From: Octopus bimaculoides
Taxonomy: Eukaryota
Reading direction: 5' to 3'
DNA: 64,000 nt
Assembly (NCBI RefSeq): GCF_001194135.2
Contig: NC_068984.1
Span: 66,669,158 to 66,733,157, forward strand
Part shown: in pieces, positions 1-11,860 of the stretch
Layout: the number at the start of each line of letters is the position of its first letter
Position numbering within the stretch: position 1 is the first letter of the stretch
The notes under the pieces: generated by a model
Database searches by the model: none
What the model was told of the DNA's origin: nothing
Seen by the model: only the letters and a program-made list of their open reading frames with translations
Translations under genes and position numbers: made by a program

Positions 1-289
1 TGTGTATCTGTGTGTAAGTGTGTGTGTGTGTATGTGTGTATTACATACTAAATGTGTATGAATCTTTCTCCAGAAATTCATGAGTGTTCATATTATGATT
101 GCTATTACTGTTGTTATTACCATTACTTATTATAATTAGTTGTATGTCCGTACACATCTAAATACAGTAAAACTCACACACATACACATATATGTGTGTA
201 TTTGTATATACACACATAAATATTTTTATACATTGATATGTTTTCTCTGCTGTGCTTGAGAAAACACATCACACTAGGTAAATATGTGG

Positions 290-582
290 TTGTCTTTGCA
301 AACAGACCACCTCCCCTACATCCCACTGCAAGTGTTCCTAATCTTGTAGGCTTGTGGGTGCTGGTGCCAAGTAAGAGCACCTGTGTCGGTGCTGTGTAAA
401 AGCATTCAGTTCCACTCTGCAAAGTGGTTCGTGTGAGGGAGGACCGTAGAAATCCAGCAATAGAAATCATGCCAAAACAGACATAGATCCTGGGCAGCTA
501 TCACTTCAGCTGACCAGCTCCTGTTAAATCATCCAACCCATGCTAGCATAGAAAATAGACGTTAACTGAGGATGATGATGAT
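290..582 (+). mobile_element. Family B element (RTE-LINE 3' end or RTE-tailed SINE), diverged
   Basis: Ends in catccaacccatgctagcatagaaaatagacgttaactgag(gat)n, the same 3' end as copies at 5.1-5.4, 28.3-28.5, 34.0-34.2 and 40.2-40.4 kb. Confidence 0.75.
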
Positions 583-759
583 ATATGTACACACAATAGT
601 GTCAAATCCCAACATCCCTTGCACTAATAAATCAAGTCTTTAGAACACATAATTGTCATAAAGGAAACACTAAAGTGATTAACATAATCATATTCATATC
701 TACTAGAATATATTTAGAATAAATATGCAAGTCATCATATATATGAATATATATATAAA

Positions 760-905
760 TAATAAGGGTGATTGTTTTTGCAATTTTACAACCTAAAAGC
801 AAAAATATATACGTCAATAAAGTGACAAAGGGCACTGGTCAGCACCCGTATTGCTAGAACTAAGGGTCAAAACAACTCATAGCCATTAGAAAGCACTTAT
901 CTTAA
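760..905 (+). mobile_element. Possible Helitron-like 3' terminus, partly duplicated at 1092-1138 plus 1569-1655
   Basis: gggcactggtcagcaccc (830-847) restores to the hairpin gggcgctggtcagcgccc if two CpG decays are reversed; CTAG follows at 854-857. Flanking sequence recurs about 340 bp downstream. Confidence 0.35.
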
Positions 906-1138
906 TGACTGACAAGAGAGGTAAGCTCCCTCAGTATTTAGGCATAGCCAGATCACCAGTGATTTTGCATTTTTATTGATGCTCATCAATGGCTCTCACC
1001 CAGCACCTAGGATTATACTCAACTCGCCTTGTCAGTTTATGAGATTACCATAGAAATCATATGCCGATATCATAGATGGTAAAAGTGAAAATTATAAATA
1101 ATATGGGCGGCTTTTTTGCAATTTTACAACCTAAAGGC

Positions 1139-1297
1139 GCAGGAGTGGCTGTGTGGTAAGTAGCTTGCTTACCAACCACATGGTTTCGGGTTCATTCTCA
1201 CTGTGTGGCACCTTGGGCAGGTGTCTTCTACTATAGCCTCAGGCCGACCAAAGCCTTGTGAATGGATTTGGTAGATGGAAACTGAAAGAAGCCTGTC

Positions 1298-1353
<56 letters not shown>

Positions 1354-1568
1354 TTGTGTGTCTATGTTTGTCCCCCCAACATCGCTTGACAACCGATGGT
1401 GGTGTGTTTACGTCCCCGTAACTTAGCGGTTCGGCAAAAGAGCCCGATAGTATAAGTACTAGGCTTACAAAGAATAAGTGCTGGGGTCGATTTGCTCGAC
1501 TAAAGGCGGTGCTCCGGCATGGCCGTAGTCAAATGACTGAAACAAGTAAAAGAGTAAAAAAAAAAGAG
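1139..1568 (+). mobile_element. Family A tRNA-headed SINE with CORE-like segment, full length
   Basis: Head gcaggagtggctgtgtggtaag...ggttcattc, accttgggcaggtgtcttc, internal (TA)n(TG)n and (aaagagt)n tail; TSD taaaggc at 1132-1138 and 1569-1575. Confidence 0.9.
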
Positions 1569-1821
1569 TAAAGGCAGAAATATATAGTCAGCAAATGTAT
1601 TACTAGAAATAAGAGTTAAAAAAAAAAGTCATAGCCGCTAGAAAACACTTATCTGTTATATATTTATCTCTTATATGTTAGCTGCAGTATCCAGTGTGTC
1701 TAGCCTAGGTTCCTGGAAACTATGAGAAAAATCCTATAACCTTTGACCATTTCCTTAAAAATCTGTAGCCTTATGCAAAAGTTGAACTATGTAGGTGTAA
1801 AATTGAAGTTTACAAGTTGGC

Positions 1822-1860
<39 letters not shown>

Positions 1861-1922
1861 CATATGTACACTTTTATAAATGTCTGCAATGCTATGCTTA
1901 TAATTTATATACATACATACAT

Positions 1923-1972
<50 letters not shown>

Positions 1973-2862
1973 TTTTCTGTCCTTTTCTCTCTTGGGTATA
2001 AAATATATCTGTATATATATAAGTGTGTATGAATAGTGTTATAGTTAAGAATCTGCACATATGTAACATACATGCTAGCAATATATGTATATGTGTGTAT
2101 ACATTTAAATACAGACATACACACATAATACTTGTTCTAAATTAAAAGATGTCACAATTTTCAGTCATGTTTTAGTAATATTAAAGTCGGTATATTTACA
2201 GAATATTTTCATTCATTTTCATGGAGTTATTTATTGATTTCTTTTATTTTTTCATATATGTAGAAAATGTGATATTTTGCTGTTGTCTGCTGCTAGATAA
2301 AATTGGATTTACTATTACTATAAGGATATATGCTGTACTTTCCAGCTTGTGCTTTGATTCTTATAGTTTTGTCTCTCTTCTTTATCTTTATTGTTATTGT
2401 TGTTTTGTTTTATGTTTTCTCTTTTTGTTCAGTTTTGCAACTAACTAAATTAAACTCAGTTTGCACCATATTGAAAGATAGCCTGAAATACAAAGCTATT
2501 AGGCTGCAACAGTCTGCACTATAAATGCCAATCTCTTCAGGCATCAGGTGATACAATAATTTAGAGTTTCCAATTCTAGAGGGGATGAACTCTATTTAAG
2601 AAATATAACTTAAAACCAATAGAATAAACTGAGTTCAACAAAGTTAAATAAGCACAGCTGCTGGAATAAAGACAGCAATGTTGTGTTTGTGAGAAGGCAA
2701 AAAAAAAAAAAAAGGAAAAGAAAAAAAAAACCTAGGTGGTATGACCATGTTGAAAAGTAAGAAAATGACTTTGGGGAAAAGAACTAGATAGAAGAGGTAG
2801 GATTAAATTTTGCAGACATGGTCTGGAGAGAAAGAGAAAGAGAGAGAGAGAGAGTATATATA

Positions 2863-2906
<44 letters not shown>

Positions 2907-3062
2907 TATGTGTGTGTGTGTGTACATGTGTGTGTGTGTGTGTGTGTGCGTGTGTATATATATATATGTATATATATATAGACAATTCAGGTAGAGTTTA
3001 TTTTGCAATTTCTTCTATTCCATAAAGTATGTGGAAAATTGAAATGGGAATTCCGAATAATC

Positions 3063-3713
3063 NNNNNNNNNNNNNNNNNNNNNNNNNNNNNNNNNNNNNN
3101 NNNNNNNNNNNNNNNNNNNNNNNNNNNNNNNNNNNNNNNNNNNNNNNNNNNNNNNNNNNNNNNNNNNNNNNNNNNNNNNNNNNNNNNNNNNNNNNNNNNN
3201 NNNNNNNNNNNNNNNNNNNNNNNNNNNNNNNNNNNNNNNNNNNNNNNNNNNNNNNNNNNNNNNNNNNNNNNNNNNNNNNNNNNNNNNNNNNNNNNNNNNN
3301 NNNNNNNNNNNNNNNNNNNNNNNNNNNNNNNNNNNNNNNNNNNNNNNNNNNNNNNNNNNNNNNNNNNNNNNNNNNNNNNNNNNNNNNNNNNNNNNNNNNN
3401 NNNNNNNNNNNNNNNNNNNNNNNNNNNNNNNNNNNNNNNNNNNNNNNNNNNNNNNNNNNNNNNNNNNNNNNNNNNNNNNNNNNNNNNNNNNNNNNNNNNN
3501 NNNNNNNNNNNNNNNNNNNNNNNNNNNNNNNNNNNNNNNNNNNNNNNNNNNNNNNNNNNNNNNNNNNNNNNNNNNNNNNNNNNNNNNNNNNNNNNNNNNN
3601 NNNNNNNNNNNNNNNNNNNNNNNNNNNNNNNNNNNNNNNNNNNNNNNNNNNNNNNNNNNNNNNNNNNNNNNNNNNNNNNNNNNNNNNNNNNNNNNNNNNN
3701 NNNNNNNNNNNNN
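3063..3713. other. Assembly gap (N)
   Basis: Run of N followed by compound (GT)n repeat. Confidence 1.
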
Positions 3714-3765
<52 letters not shown>

Positions 3766-3950
3766 CGCATGCAAGTGTGTGTGTATGTATGTACGAGTAT
3801 GAGTGTGTGTGTGTGTGTGTGTGCGCGAGTGTGTGTGTATGTATGTACGAGTGTGTGTGTGTGTGCGTTCGAGTGTGTGTTTGTGTGTGTGTGCGTGCGA
3901 GTGTGTGTTTGTGTGTGTGTGTGTGTGCATGTGTGCGTGTTGTGTGTGTG
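3714..3950 (+). repeat. Compound (GT)n microsatellite with recurring gtatgtatgtacgagt motif
   Basis: Directly visible. Confidence 0.95.
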
Positions 3951-4375
3951 ACGTATCTTGATTCTGTCAATAATCACACCTTGAAAATTTCTCTTTTAAT
4001 GAAAAAATCATTCTGTTGATGTTCACTTATCATTAAATAAGAAAAAAGGGAATGTTAAACCAAATACAATTTTGCATGATCACCTTGAATTAAACTAATT
4101 TACTACTTCATTAGAGTGTAGGGAGTATAAAACTAGGCTCTACTGCCTTTCTTTGTAAGTTATAGAGTAAAATGCCCAACTGACTTGCTTAAATAGTTTG
4201 TTCTGTGCAGTAGATGCTGTTGGTCTACCATACTATGCAGTAATCTGACAATGAATCAACAACTGAGTGTATTCAGTTGTTTAACTTGCTTGGTGTGGTA
4301 TAACTAAATCTCCCTCAAATTGCATCCTACTGTCTTAGAGAAAGAGCAGGACAAAATAGATAATATAGTTCTTAA

Positions 4376-4750
4376 TAGCCCAATGGTTAGGGCAGCGGAC
4401 TCACGGTCATAGGATCACGGTTTCGATTCCCAGACTGGGCATTGTGAGTGTTTATTGAGCGAAAACACCTAAAGCTCCACGAGGCTCCGGCAGGGGATGG
4501 TGGTGAACCCTGCTGTACTCTTTCACCAGAACTTTCTCTCACTCTTACTTCCTGTTTCTGTTGTATCTGTATTTCAAAGGGCCAGCCTTGTCACACTGTG
4601 TCATGCTGAATATCCCCGAGAACTGTGTTAAGGGTACACGTGTCTGTGGAGTGCTCAGCCACTTGCACGTTAATTTCACGAGCAGGCTGTTCCATTGAGC
4701 GAATCAACTGGAACCCTCGTCTTCGTAAGCGACGGAGTGCCAACAATAAT
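4376..4750 (+). mobile_element. Family D tRNA-derived SINE (tRNA-Arg-like head)
   Basis: Closely similar to the copy at 39486-39870 over the whole length; B-box ggtttcgattccc; (caa)n tail. Confidence 0.85.
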
Positions 4751-5109
4751 AACCCTAAAAAATGAACAAGATATTCACAACTGGGATATCTGGGATTATA
4801 GGTAAGTTTGCCCATTCACAGCTGACCTAGAACTGTGCAAAATCAACAGCAACTATGAACTCAAAGATATGTGAGAAAGAGCAGAAAAAATAAATGTGAC
4901 AAGCTAAATGCTGTTTGTCTTCCTGTTGCTCTTTATGCCATGATTACTAGCTTTTTGTCATTTACAGTTGCTGATGGAAGCTTCAATGTAGTCATTTGGC
5001 CAGCTAGAAATAGCAACCAAATTCCCTCAAATAATATCTTACAATCTTTTAAAAGAAATGGTCTCATTAATCAAAGTAGTCCTAGATATACAGAAATTTA
5101 ATTTCAGAT

Positions 5110-5415
5110 AGTCATACGCACCTGTCCTACACGGCAGAAGTGTTAAGGCTTCACCCCCTTTTGTGCCAGTGCCATGTAAAAAAGCACTTGTGACCACCCC
5201 ATGTAGAAGCACTCATGTGGTGCTACATTAAAAGCACCCAATGTATACTGTAAAGTGGTTGGCATTAGGAAGGGTATTCATCCATAGAAACCAAGCCAAA
5301 TCAAACTGGAACCTGGTGCAACTCTCCAACTCCAGTCAAATCGTCCAAACCATGCCATCTTGGAAAATAGACGTTAAATGATGATGATGATCATGATGAT
5401 CATGATCATGATCAT
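5110..5415 (+). mobile_element. Family B element
   Basis: gtggttggcattaggaagggtattcatccatagaaac...ccatgccatcttggaaaatagacgttaaa(tga)n. Confidence 0.8.
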
Positions 5416-7159
5416 GTCTTCACTAAGATGCTTTTGATATTACTTTATTCAGCCAGTGCTGGCCTGGGGCTACAATCACTGATATCTCCTCTTTGGAGCA
5501 GAATTAGCAAGGAAGTAGCAATATTTCAGTAGCAAAAATTTAATTAGATTTTATCAGTAAATTAACTTCAAAGGTAAGTTTTAGGGAAGGTACAAACAAG
5601 GGCACAGAAACACGTTTTAAAGTGATGGAAGCTGCTGAGAACAAGAGCACATAATGAGCTTAATGAAGTCTCATTTGAATTTCTAAGCTTTTTATTTTTG
5701 TTTGTTTTTTTCTTTTAATAGAGAAAAATCACACACTTGGGAAATCTGTCCTAGATAGTGATTCTTGGAAACTGATGCAATTAGGTGGAAAGGGTAGGTG
5801 GGGAAATGACCAATGATTTAACCTTTATGTAGATATTTATACGAGAAGTACATTTAATTTTATGTGCGACTGGGAATAATTATGAGATTATTGAGAAATG
5901 CTACACTGATATCTCTCTTTTAGAAATACATTTAGCTCTTATCTGCTAAATGCTATAAAACCTGAACTGAGAATTGTTGATAACATATTTGGAGGACTAG
6001 GGAAACAATTAGAATTCATATTTGATTAATTAAGGGGTGTTAATAAAATTAATGGTGGTGACAGTTAGAACATTGAGTTATGAACTCCAAGGGAAGAAGC
6101 TTTTACTTTTGTTAAACTGACAGAAAACTGACAATATTAAGTTAATGCATGAAACCCTTCAAGGTAGCAACTTTGTATAAGATTGTCTTGAAATGTTCCA
6201 TATGTGGTATATATAAATTCACACAAGGTGTCTTCAGAAAGAGAGCAAAAGAGAGTATAAAGTCTTCACAGAAAGTGAAAAGGAGAGAGAGAGACAGACA
6301 GAGAGACAGAGAGGAGAGACAGACAGACAGAGAGTTCAAAATTAGAGATCTTATGAAACATTGCCATTCATTACTAATTAGAAATGTTTATAAAATGGGA
6401 ATATCTAGTAATAAAAGAGGTTAAAATTCAAAGACTATAACTAATTAAAACATCCTTAATTTTCTGGTATTAAATAAACAGCTGTATACATTGATATACA
6501 AATATTAAACTCATGAACATTATGAGTAATATTACCTTATTTAATTTTGTTTTCTTTCATTTTGTTTCTTGAGTAATTTCCTAAACCTATTTGTGTTCAT
6601 AATTCTAGTAAATGTGCTGCCTTTGAAATTGATCGAGAATTGAGTTGCATTTAATGAAATAACTTTTAGATTTATTTCTCAATTAAGCTAGTGTTTAGAA
6701 TATAACAAAATATTCTACCATAAAATTATAATGAACTCCTTAAAGCAAGCAGGTTTGTATCAAAGAACCAGAGTGGGGTCTCAGGTGTATTGGTATCAAA
6801 AGGGTAAAAGTATTCTGTTATGTGTCAAAGAATATACAATTTTCTATTTCTTTAGCTTCAATTAAATGTTTAGTAATTCCTGCTTCACATCATGTTCAGC
6901 TTTTGGTTGGATTTGTGATTATAAAAATTATAATGCATAGCAAAGTAAATATACAAATAAATCATTTAAATAAATAATTGGAGTCTGCTATTCCTGAATC
7001 CTGTTGTTTCAATTTAATTTGTTTTTTACCCAAACATGATTTGTATTAAAATAAGGATTAATCAGGTTTGTTGATTTTTATTCCTCCATACTGGAAGTAG
7101 ACATGGCTGTGTGGTTATGGAATTTGTTTTATTAATCATAATGCTTTCCTTTGTTTCTT

Positions 7160-7575
7160 TTCTTTTACTTGTTTCACTCATTAGACTGCATCCATGCTGG
7201 GATACTGTCTTAAAGAAAGTTCTTTTTTTAGTTGAATGAATTGACCCCAGGATTTATTTTTGTTAAACTCGGTACTTATTCTATCGGTCTCTTTGCTGCA
7301 CTGCCAAGTTACAGGGACGTAAACACACCAACACTGGTTGTCAAGTGGTGGTGGGAGACAAGCACAGACACAAAAAATACACACACACACACACACACAC
7401 ATATACAATATATACAACTGGCTTCTTTCATTTACTACCCACCAAATCCAGTCACAAGGCTTTGGTCTGCCTGAGACTATAAGTAGAAGACAATTGCCCA
7501 GGTAGCCATGCAGGGAGACTGAACTTGGAACCATGTGGTTGGGAAGCAAGCTTCTTACCACACATCCATGCCTGC
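7160..7575 (-). mobile_element. Family A SINE
   Basis: Reverse complement of the 1139-1568 element, including the internal (CA)n tract. Confidence 0.85.
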
Positions 7576-7599
7576 TGTGTAATAAACTTCTTATTCATT

Positions 7600-8242
7600 T
7601 ATTTAATTTGTCTTTGCTTAGTAAATGTTGTTTCCTATTTACTTCTAGCTAAAAATCAAAGGAAATGACTACTATTCCCTCAAACTTTGCTTTTATGACC
7701 TGGACATCAATGTTTTGAAACTGACCTATTTTCAATTACATTTCAGATAGATGCAGCATTGAATTGCTCAAGCAGAATTTTCTGGAGCTTTCTAAAAGTT
7801 TCAAAAACTTTCAAGAAGTTTCTAAAACTTTCAAGAAGTTTCTAAAACTTTCAAGAATTTCTAGAACATTCTGGCAACATAGATGATAGTGTAGATACAG
7901 GGATTGTAAGTTCAACAGGTCAGTTTACTTCTAGCTGTCCAAGAGGAGACAAATTGTTGTTGATAGCCACATTCACCACAGATGTCATCAAGTGGTTGAA
8001 AGAATCCAGTAGACACATTTTGCTATGTCTGTGACAAATCTATCAAGACAAGAGTATAAAAGTACTCTGGCCACATCTGCTAAAACGTGTGAAGTCTACA
8101 AGGCATATTTTGGCATGCCTGTTGGGAATCAAGTCAAAAGTAAAATTTGAAGGAAATATTAGTCATTTTTTCATACTTTCTAAGGGTAAGCAAACAGGAA
8201 ATAGCAGCTGCTACCAGAGGACAAAAATTGTGTCACACAGTG
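7600..8242 (+). mobile_element. Internally deleted Chapaev3-type (CMC) DNA transposon
   Basis: 7982-8138 translates, with two stops and a frameshift, to MSSSG*KNPVDTFCYVCDKSIKTRV*KYS/ATSAKTCEVYKAYFGMPVGNQ, matching the Chapaev3 N-terminal FCYxC...AYFG...GDQDK motif. Right end gtgtcacacagtg followed by TAA; imperfect subterminal inverted repeat (aaatgactactattccctcaaac). Confidence 0.7.
7788..7870 (+). repeat. Tandem 20-bp unit aaaactttcaagaagtttct (about 3 copies, 10-bp sub-period) inside the Chapaev3 relic
   Basis: Directly visible. Confidence 0.9.
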
Positions 8243-8296
8243 TAATTTTTTTTTTTTAGGTACACAATGCAGCCCCTTGTACAAGTGGACTGTTTT

Positions 8297-8523
8297 ATAA
8301 TCCTTTAGCATTCAAATTATTCTGTCAAATGCAATGCTCATTTATTCACATTGCTTTGAGTTAATCATGTATTATCTCATAACTTTGAGATTTCGATGAT
8401 ATGGTTGTTTATTTTTATAATGGCATTGTATTGTTGGTGTGAGAAGCCAGATTTGGCCAGTTTGAACATAAAACAGGTAGAATATCTTGGCCAAATATGG
8501 CCGGTTTAAATGTTAAAGAGTTA
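8297..8523 (+). mobile_element. piggyBac-like MITE (about 225 bp)
   Basis: Termini resemble ccctttagcatt...aatgctaaaggg; homologous copies at 25991-26224 and 61583-61750, the latter with TTAA at both ends. Confidence 0.7.
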
Positions 8524-10589
8524 TGCTTTACTCTACCAGATTAACCAAAGCTTTGAGTATAAAACTGGATAGTTTTCACCCAGATTAACACCACCACCTA
8601 GTCAGTGGGTACCTACAGCTGAATCTACTATGCTGTAGGTTTTAAACATGTTTTTTGCCTGAAGGTAAGTTGCTATCTTTGCATTATATTTCTCTTTACA
8701 ATAAGCCCTTTCTCACCACTCTCATGGAGGCCCTGCAAAAAATATCAGTGGTAATATCTTTCCTTATCTGATTACACCATAAAATATAAATTAGGAAAAT
8801 CAAATTATTTCAGACACTTTTTGTGTCTTGGCATTTACTCTGCTTTGTGCTGGGTCTGATTTTTATTGATGCGACAGAATATTGCTCAAATCGATATGTT
8901 GCTCTGTCTGAGAATGGAAGCCTATCACCATTAGCCTGGTCCCTAAGGACCCATTTCCAATCATTATCTAGATATCAATTTTTTTTGCAGGTCACCATAT
9001 TTATCTTCTTATTTTTAGTTTTTATTCCTATCTCTTTCATCAAAGCATCAGCTTAGTTTCTTTCACTCTTTTCTAATCACTGACTCCTACTATGCATAAA
9101 TAATTACCCAATTCTCATGTCTATTCTCTAAACAATTCTAGTTTATCCAGGTTTATAATATCAAACTACAACCCACCAAGTGAAGGAAATGTATTTTTAC
9201 TGCTATGTAAATCAGAGCATTGAAAATTTCTATAGAGCAGAATTAAGGTTGATTGTTTGTTAGTGTGATATCACATGATAATGATGAAGGCAACCACGGT
9301 GATGATGATGGTGGTGGTGGTGGTGGTGGTGGTGAGGGTGATAATGATGCAAGATGTGTGATTAAAGAAAACCTGATGTCTTTTATGCTAATGTTACATG
9401 AAAGTACCTTTTCTCAATGGCATGAATATTATCCGAGCAATATACTCTCCTGGAAAATATATCAGAAAAGTTTTTGTTCACTTCTGATATAAAATATCAC
9501 TGTAATATCCATTGAAGTTGACGTATAAGCTAATAGTTCATGGAATAGATCATGACTAAATGATATCATTTACATTAAAGCTTTCCAGTAATGATTTAGT
9601 TTAGCCCCCTTAATGGCAACTTATCCATTTGTACGAGAACATTTTCTGACCAGTTATCTCTGAATTTGATCACAGTGCAAAGAATAATTTACACAAAAGA
9701 TTTGTAGAATTCAGTTTTAGCAATATATTCTTTGATCCTTTTTGACATGTTCATATTCTTTATTGATCCAGCTAGTAATCTATAATGCTCACAGTTATGC
9801 TTTGTGTGCCCGAAAAGAAAAAAAAAAAAAGATTTTTTTTTTTCACTTACAGATAATATGAATATAGTAAGCAATGTGAATAACATTATCATGGAGCTAT
9901 ACATACTTGCATGTACATATCCACACATACGCCCACACATACAGCCGATCACATACATTTGTCAGTATATGTGTGTATATAGTTATACATGCATACAAAT
10001 GTACAAATATTTTCACATGCGTGAATTTAATAATGATATATATGTGTGTGTGTGTGTACTCACACATTTAACATACATATATATTCTATGGTCGTTACCT
10101 ACTCTTCTCCACCTTCCAACTTATCCTTCATTAATACCTGTTGTTCATTATAATCACCCCCCCCCCCCCCACAACCCATTCTCCATCTCTTACCATCTCA
10201 CTCATACATTCTTACCACCTTTATCCATCCACACTTCCAGTTGTCATGTCTTCACTCATTTCTACTTACCTCACAGGCCGTACCATGACACCTCTTCACC
10301 ACTATTTTTTATTTCACTGTATAACATCATGGGCAAGTGACTTCTGCTACAGCCTCTGGTTTATCAGAATTTTGTGAGTGAAATTCAGTTGATAGAGACA
10401 GTGTACAAAGGGCCAGCAATGTTACAAGGTTATATGCTAATTCTGACTGAAAATTACACTAAGTGTTCACATTCCTATGGAATATTCAACCACTCTCATG
10501 CTAATTCAAAGAATAAGCAGTTTTGTTAATCAAACACAAAATATTTATTGCTGTAACTTATAGAATAAGTAAAGGCAGGTTGCTTAATT

Positions 10590-10830
10590 GTTAAGATTCC
10601 AGGCTTATGATTCTAAAAATGTAGTCTTCATTCCTGAATTGGGTAATGCATTGCCTTCTTGAGCAAAACATTTCATTTTACATTACTCCAGCCCACTCAG
10701 CTAGCTTAATTACATATTCCAACAATGGACCAGTATCCCATCTAGGAAGGGTATATATGCCGGAGAGCCTAGGAAACTGGCACTGTGTGTCAATATGACT
10801 TGGGAAGGGGCTTTATTCCTTCAGCCTTTA
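10590..10830 (+). mobile_element. Family E SINE, diverged
   Basis: ttcttgagcaaaacatttcattttacattactccagcccactcagct core shared with the copies at 27.3, 37.3 and 63.2 kb. Confidence 0.55.
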
Positions 10831-11135
10831 ATCCAAGAGAGATCCATTAACTAGTTTCTTCTAGTATTTAACATGATAAGATGAATTTGATTCTTAGCTT
10901 GTAGATCTGAAAATGCTGAAACTGCATATTGTAAAATAAATAAATTAATCTGAGTGTCTGTGTGCATGGTACATTTATATATATAATAGTATGCATAGTT
11001 ATATAATATTATCCAAAGTTACACACACACACACATGTATGTACACATATAATTTTTCATTTGTTTCTACATCCATTTTTCATGTTAATATCAGTTAGTT
11101 GAATACATCTTATGAGGTGTATTTGTTTTTGGCAG

Positions 11136-11176
11136 CTTGAAGCCCTTCTTCTTGTTGACCCCTACCAGTTTTTGAA
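11136..11176 (+). CDS. Candidate 41-nt internal exon (LEALLLVDPYQFL), unverified
   Basis: tttgtttttggcAG acceptor, GTaaga donor, only one frame open; no recognised homology. Confidence 0.2.
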
Positions 11177-11689
11177 GTAAGATATTTTATTTCCTATGTT
11201 TTTTGACACTGCAGAGCTGCTAAAGAATCTGTTGAGAGGGGATTTTCAATAAAGTTCCCTGTTTGTAGCAAAGTGCAGACTGTAATCAATTTCACAAATA
11301 TACATGCATATGCACATGTACACACAAATACATGTGCATACCCATGCATACAATAGGCTTCTGAACACTGCAAAGACTCATAATTTACCAATACATTTTT
11401 CCTGCTTTTGTGTCTTGTCACCTTTGTGTTTATTATGTAACAACCATATCTAATGATTGTTTATGCTCCTCAGGTATTAGGTATACAGTCCTTTTTGAAG
11501 TATTGAAACTGCTATAATTCTTAGTGAGACAGCTGATGGGGGCTTCACTTTTGTTTACTCTCTTCATTGTAATGCTTACTTTATGCTTTTAATGTTTCGG
11601 GCAATTCCTTATATATAACCATGCACATGTGTGTCTAGGAATGCATATTTTATGTGTATGTATAATATACATGTGTGCATGTTTGTGTG

Positions 11690-11860
<171 letters not shown>

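Noticed and set aside
2433-2524. Strong acceptor followed by LQLTKLNSVCTILKDSLKYKAIRLQQSAL*
   Set aside because: No homology recognised, and T-rich tracts ending in AG are very common here; too weak to list as a feature
1743-3970. Long HT/CV/YI-rich ORFs here and throughout the ORF track
   Set aside because: They are translations of (CA)n, (TG)n and (TA)n microsatellites or read through N gaps; they are not genes
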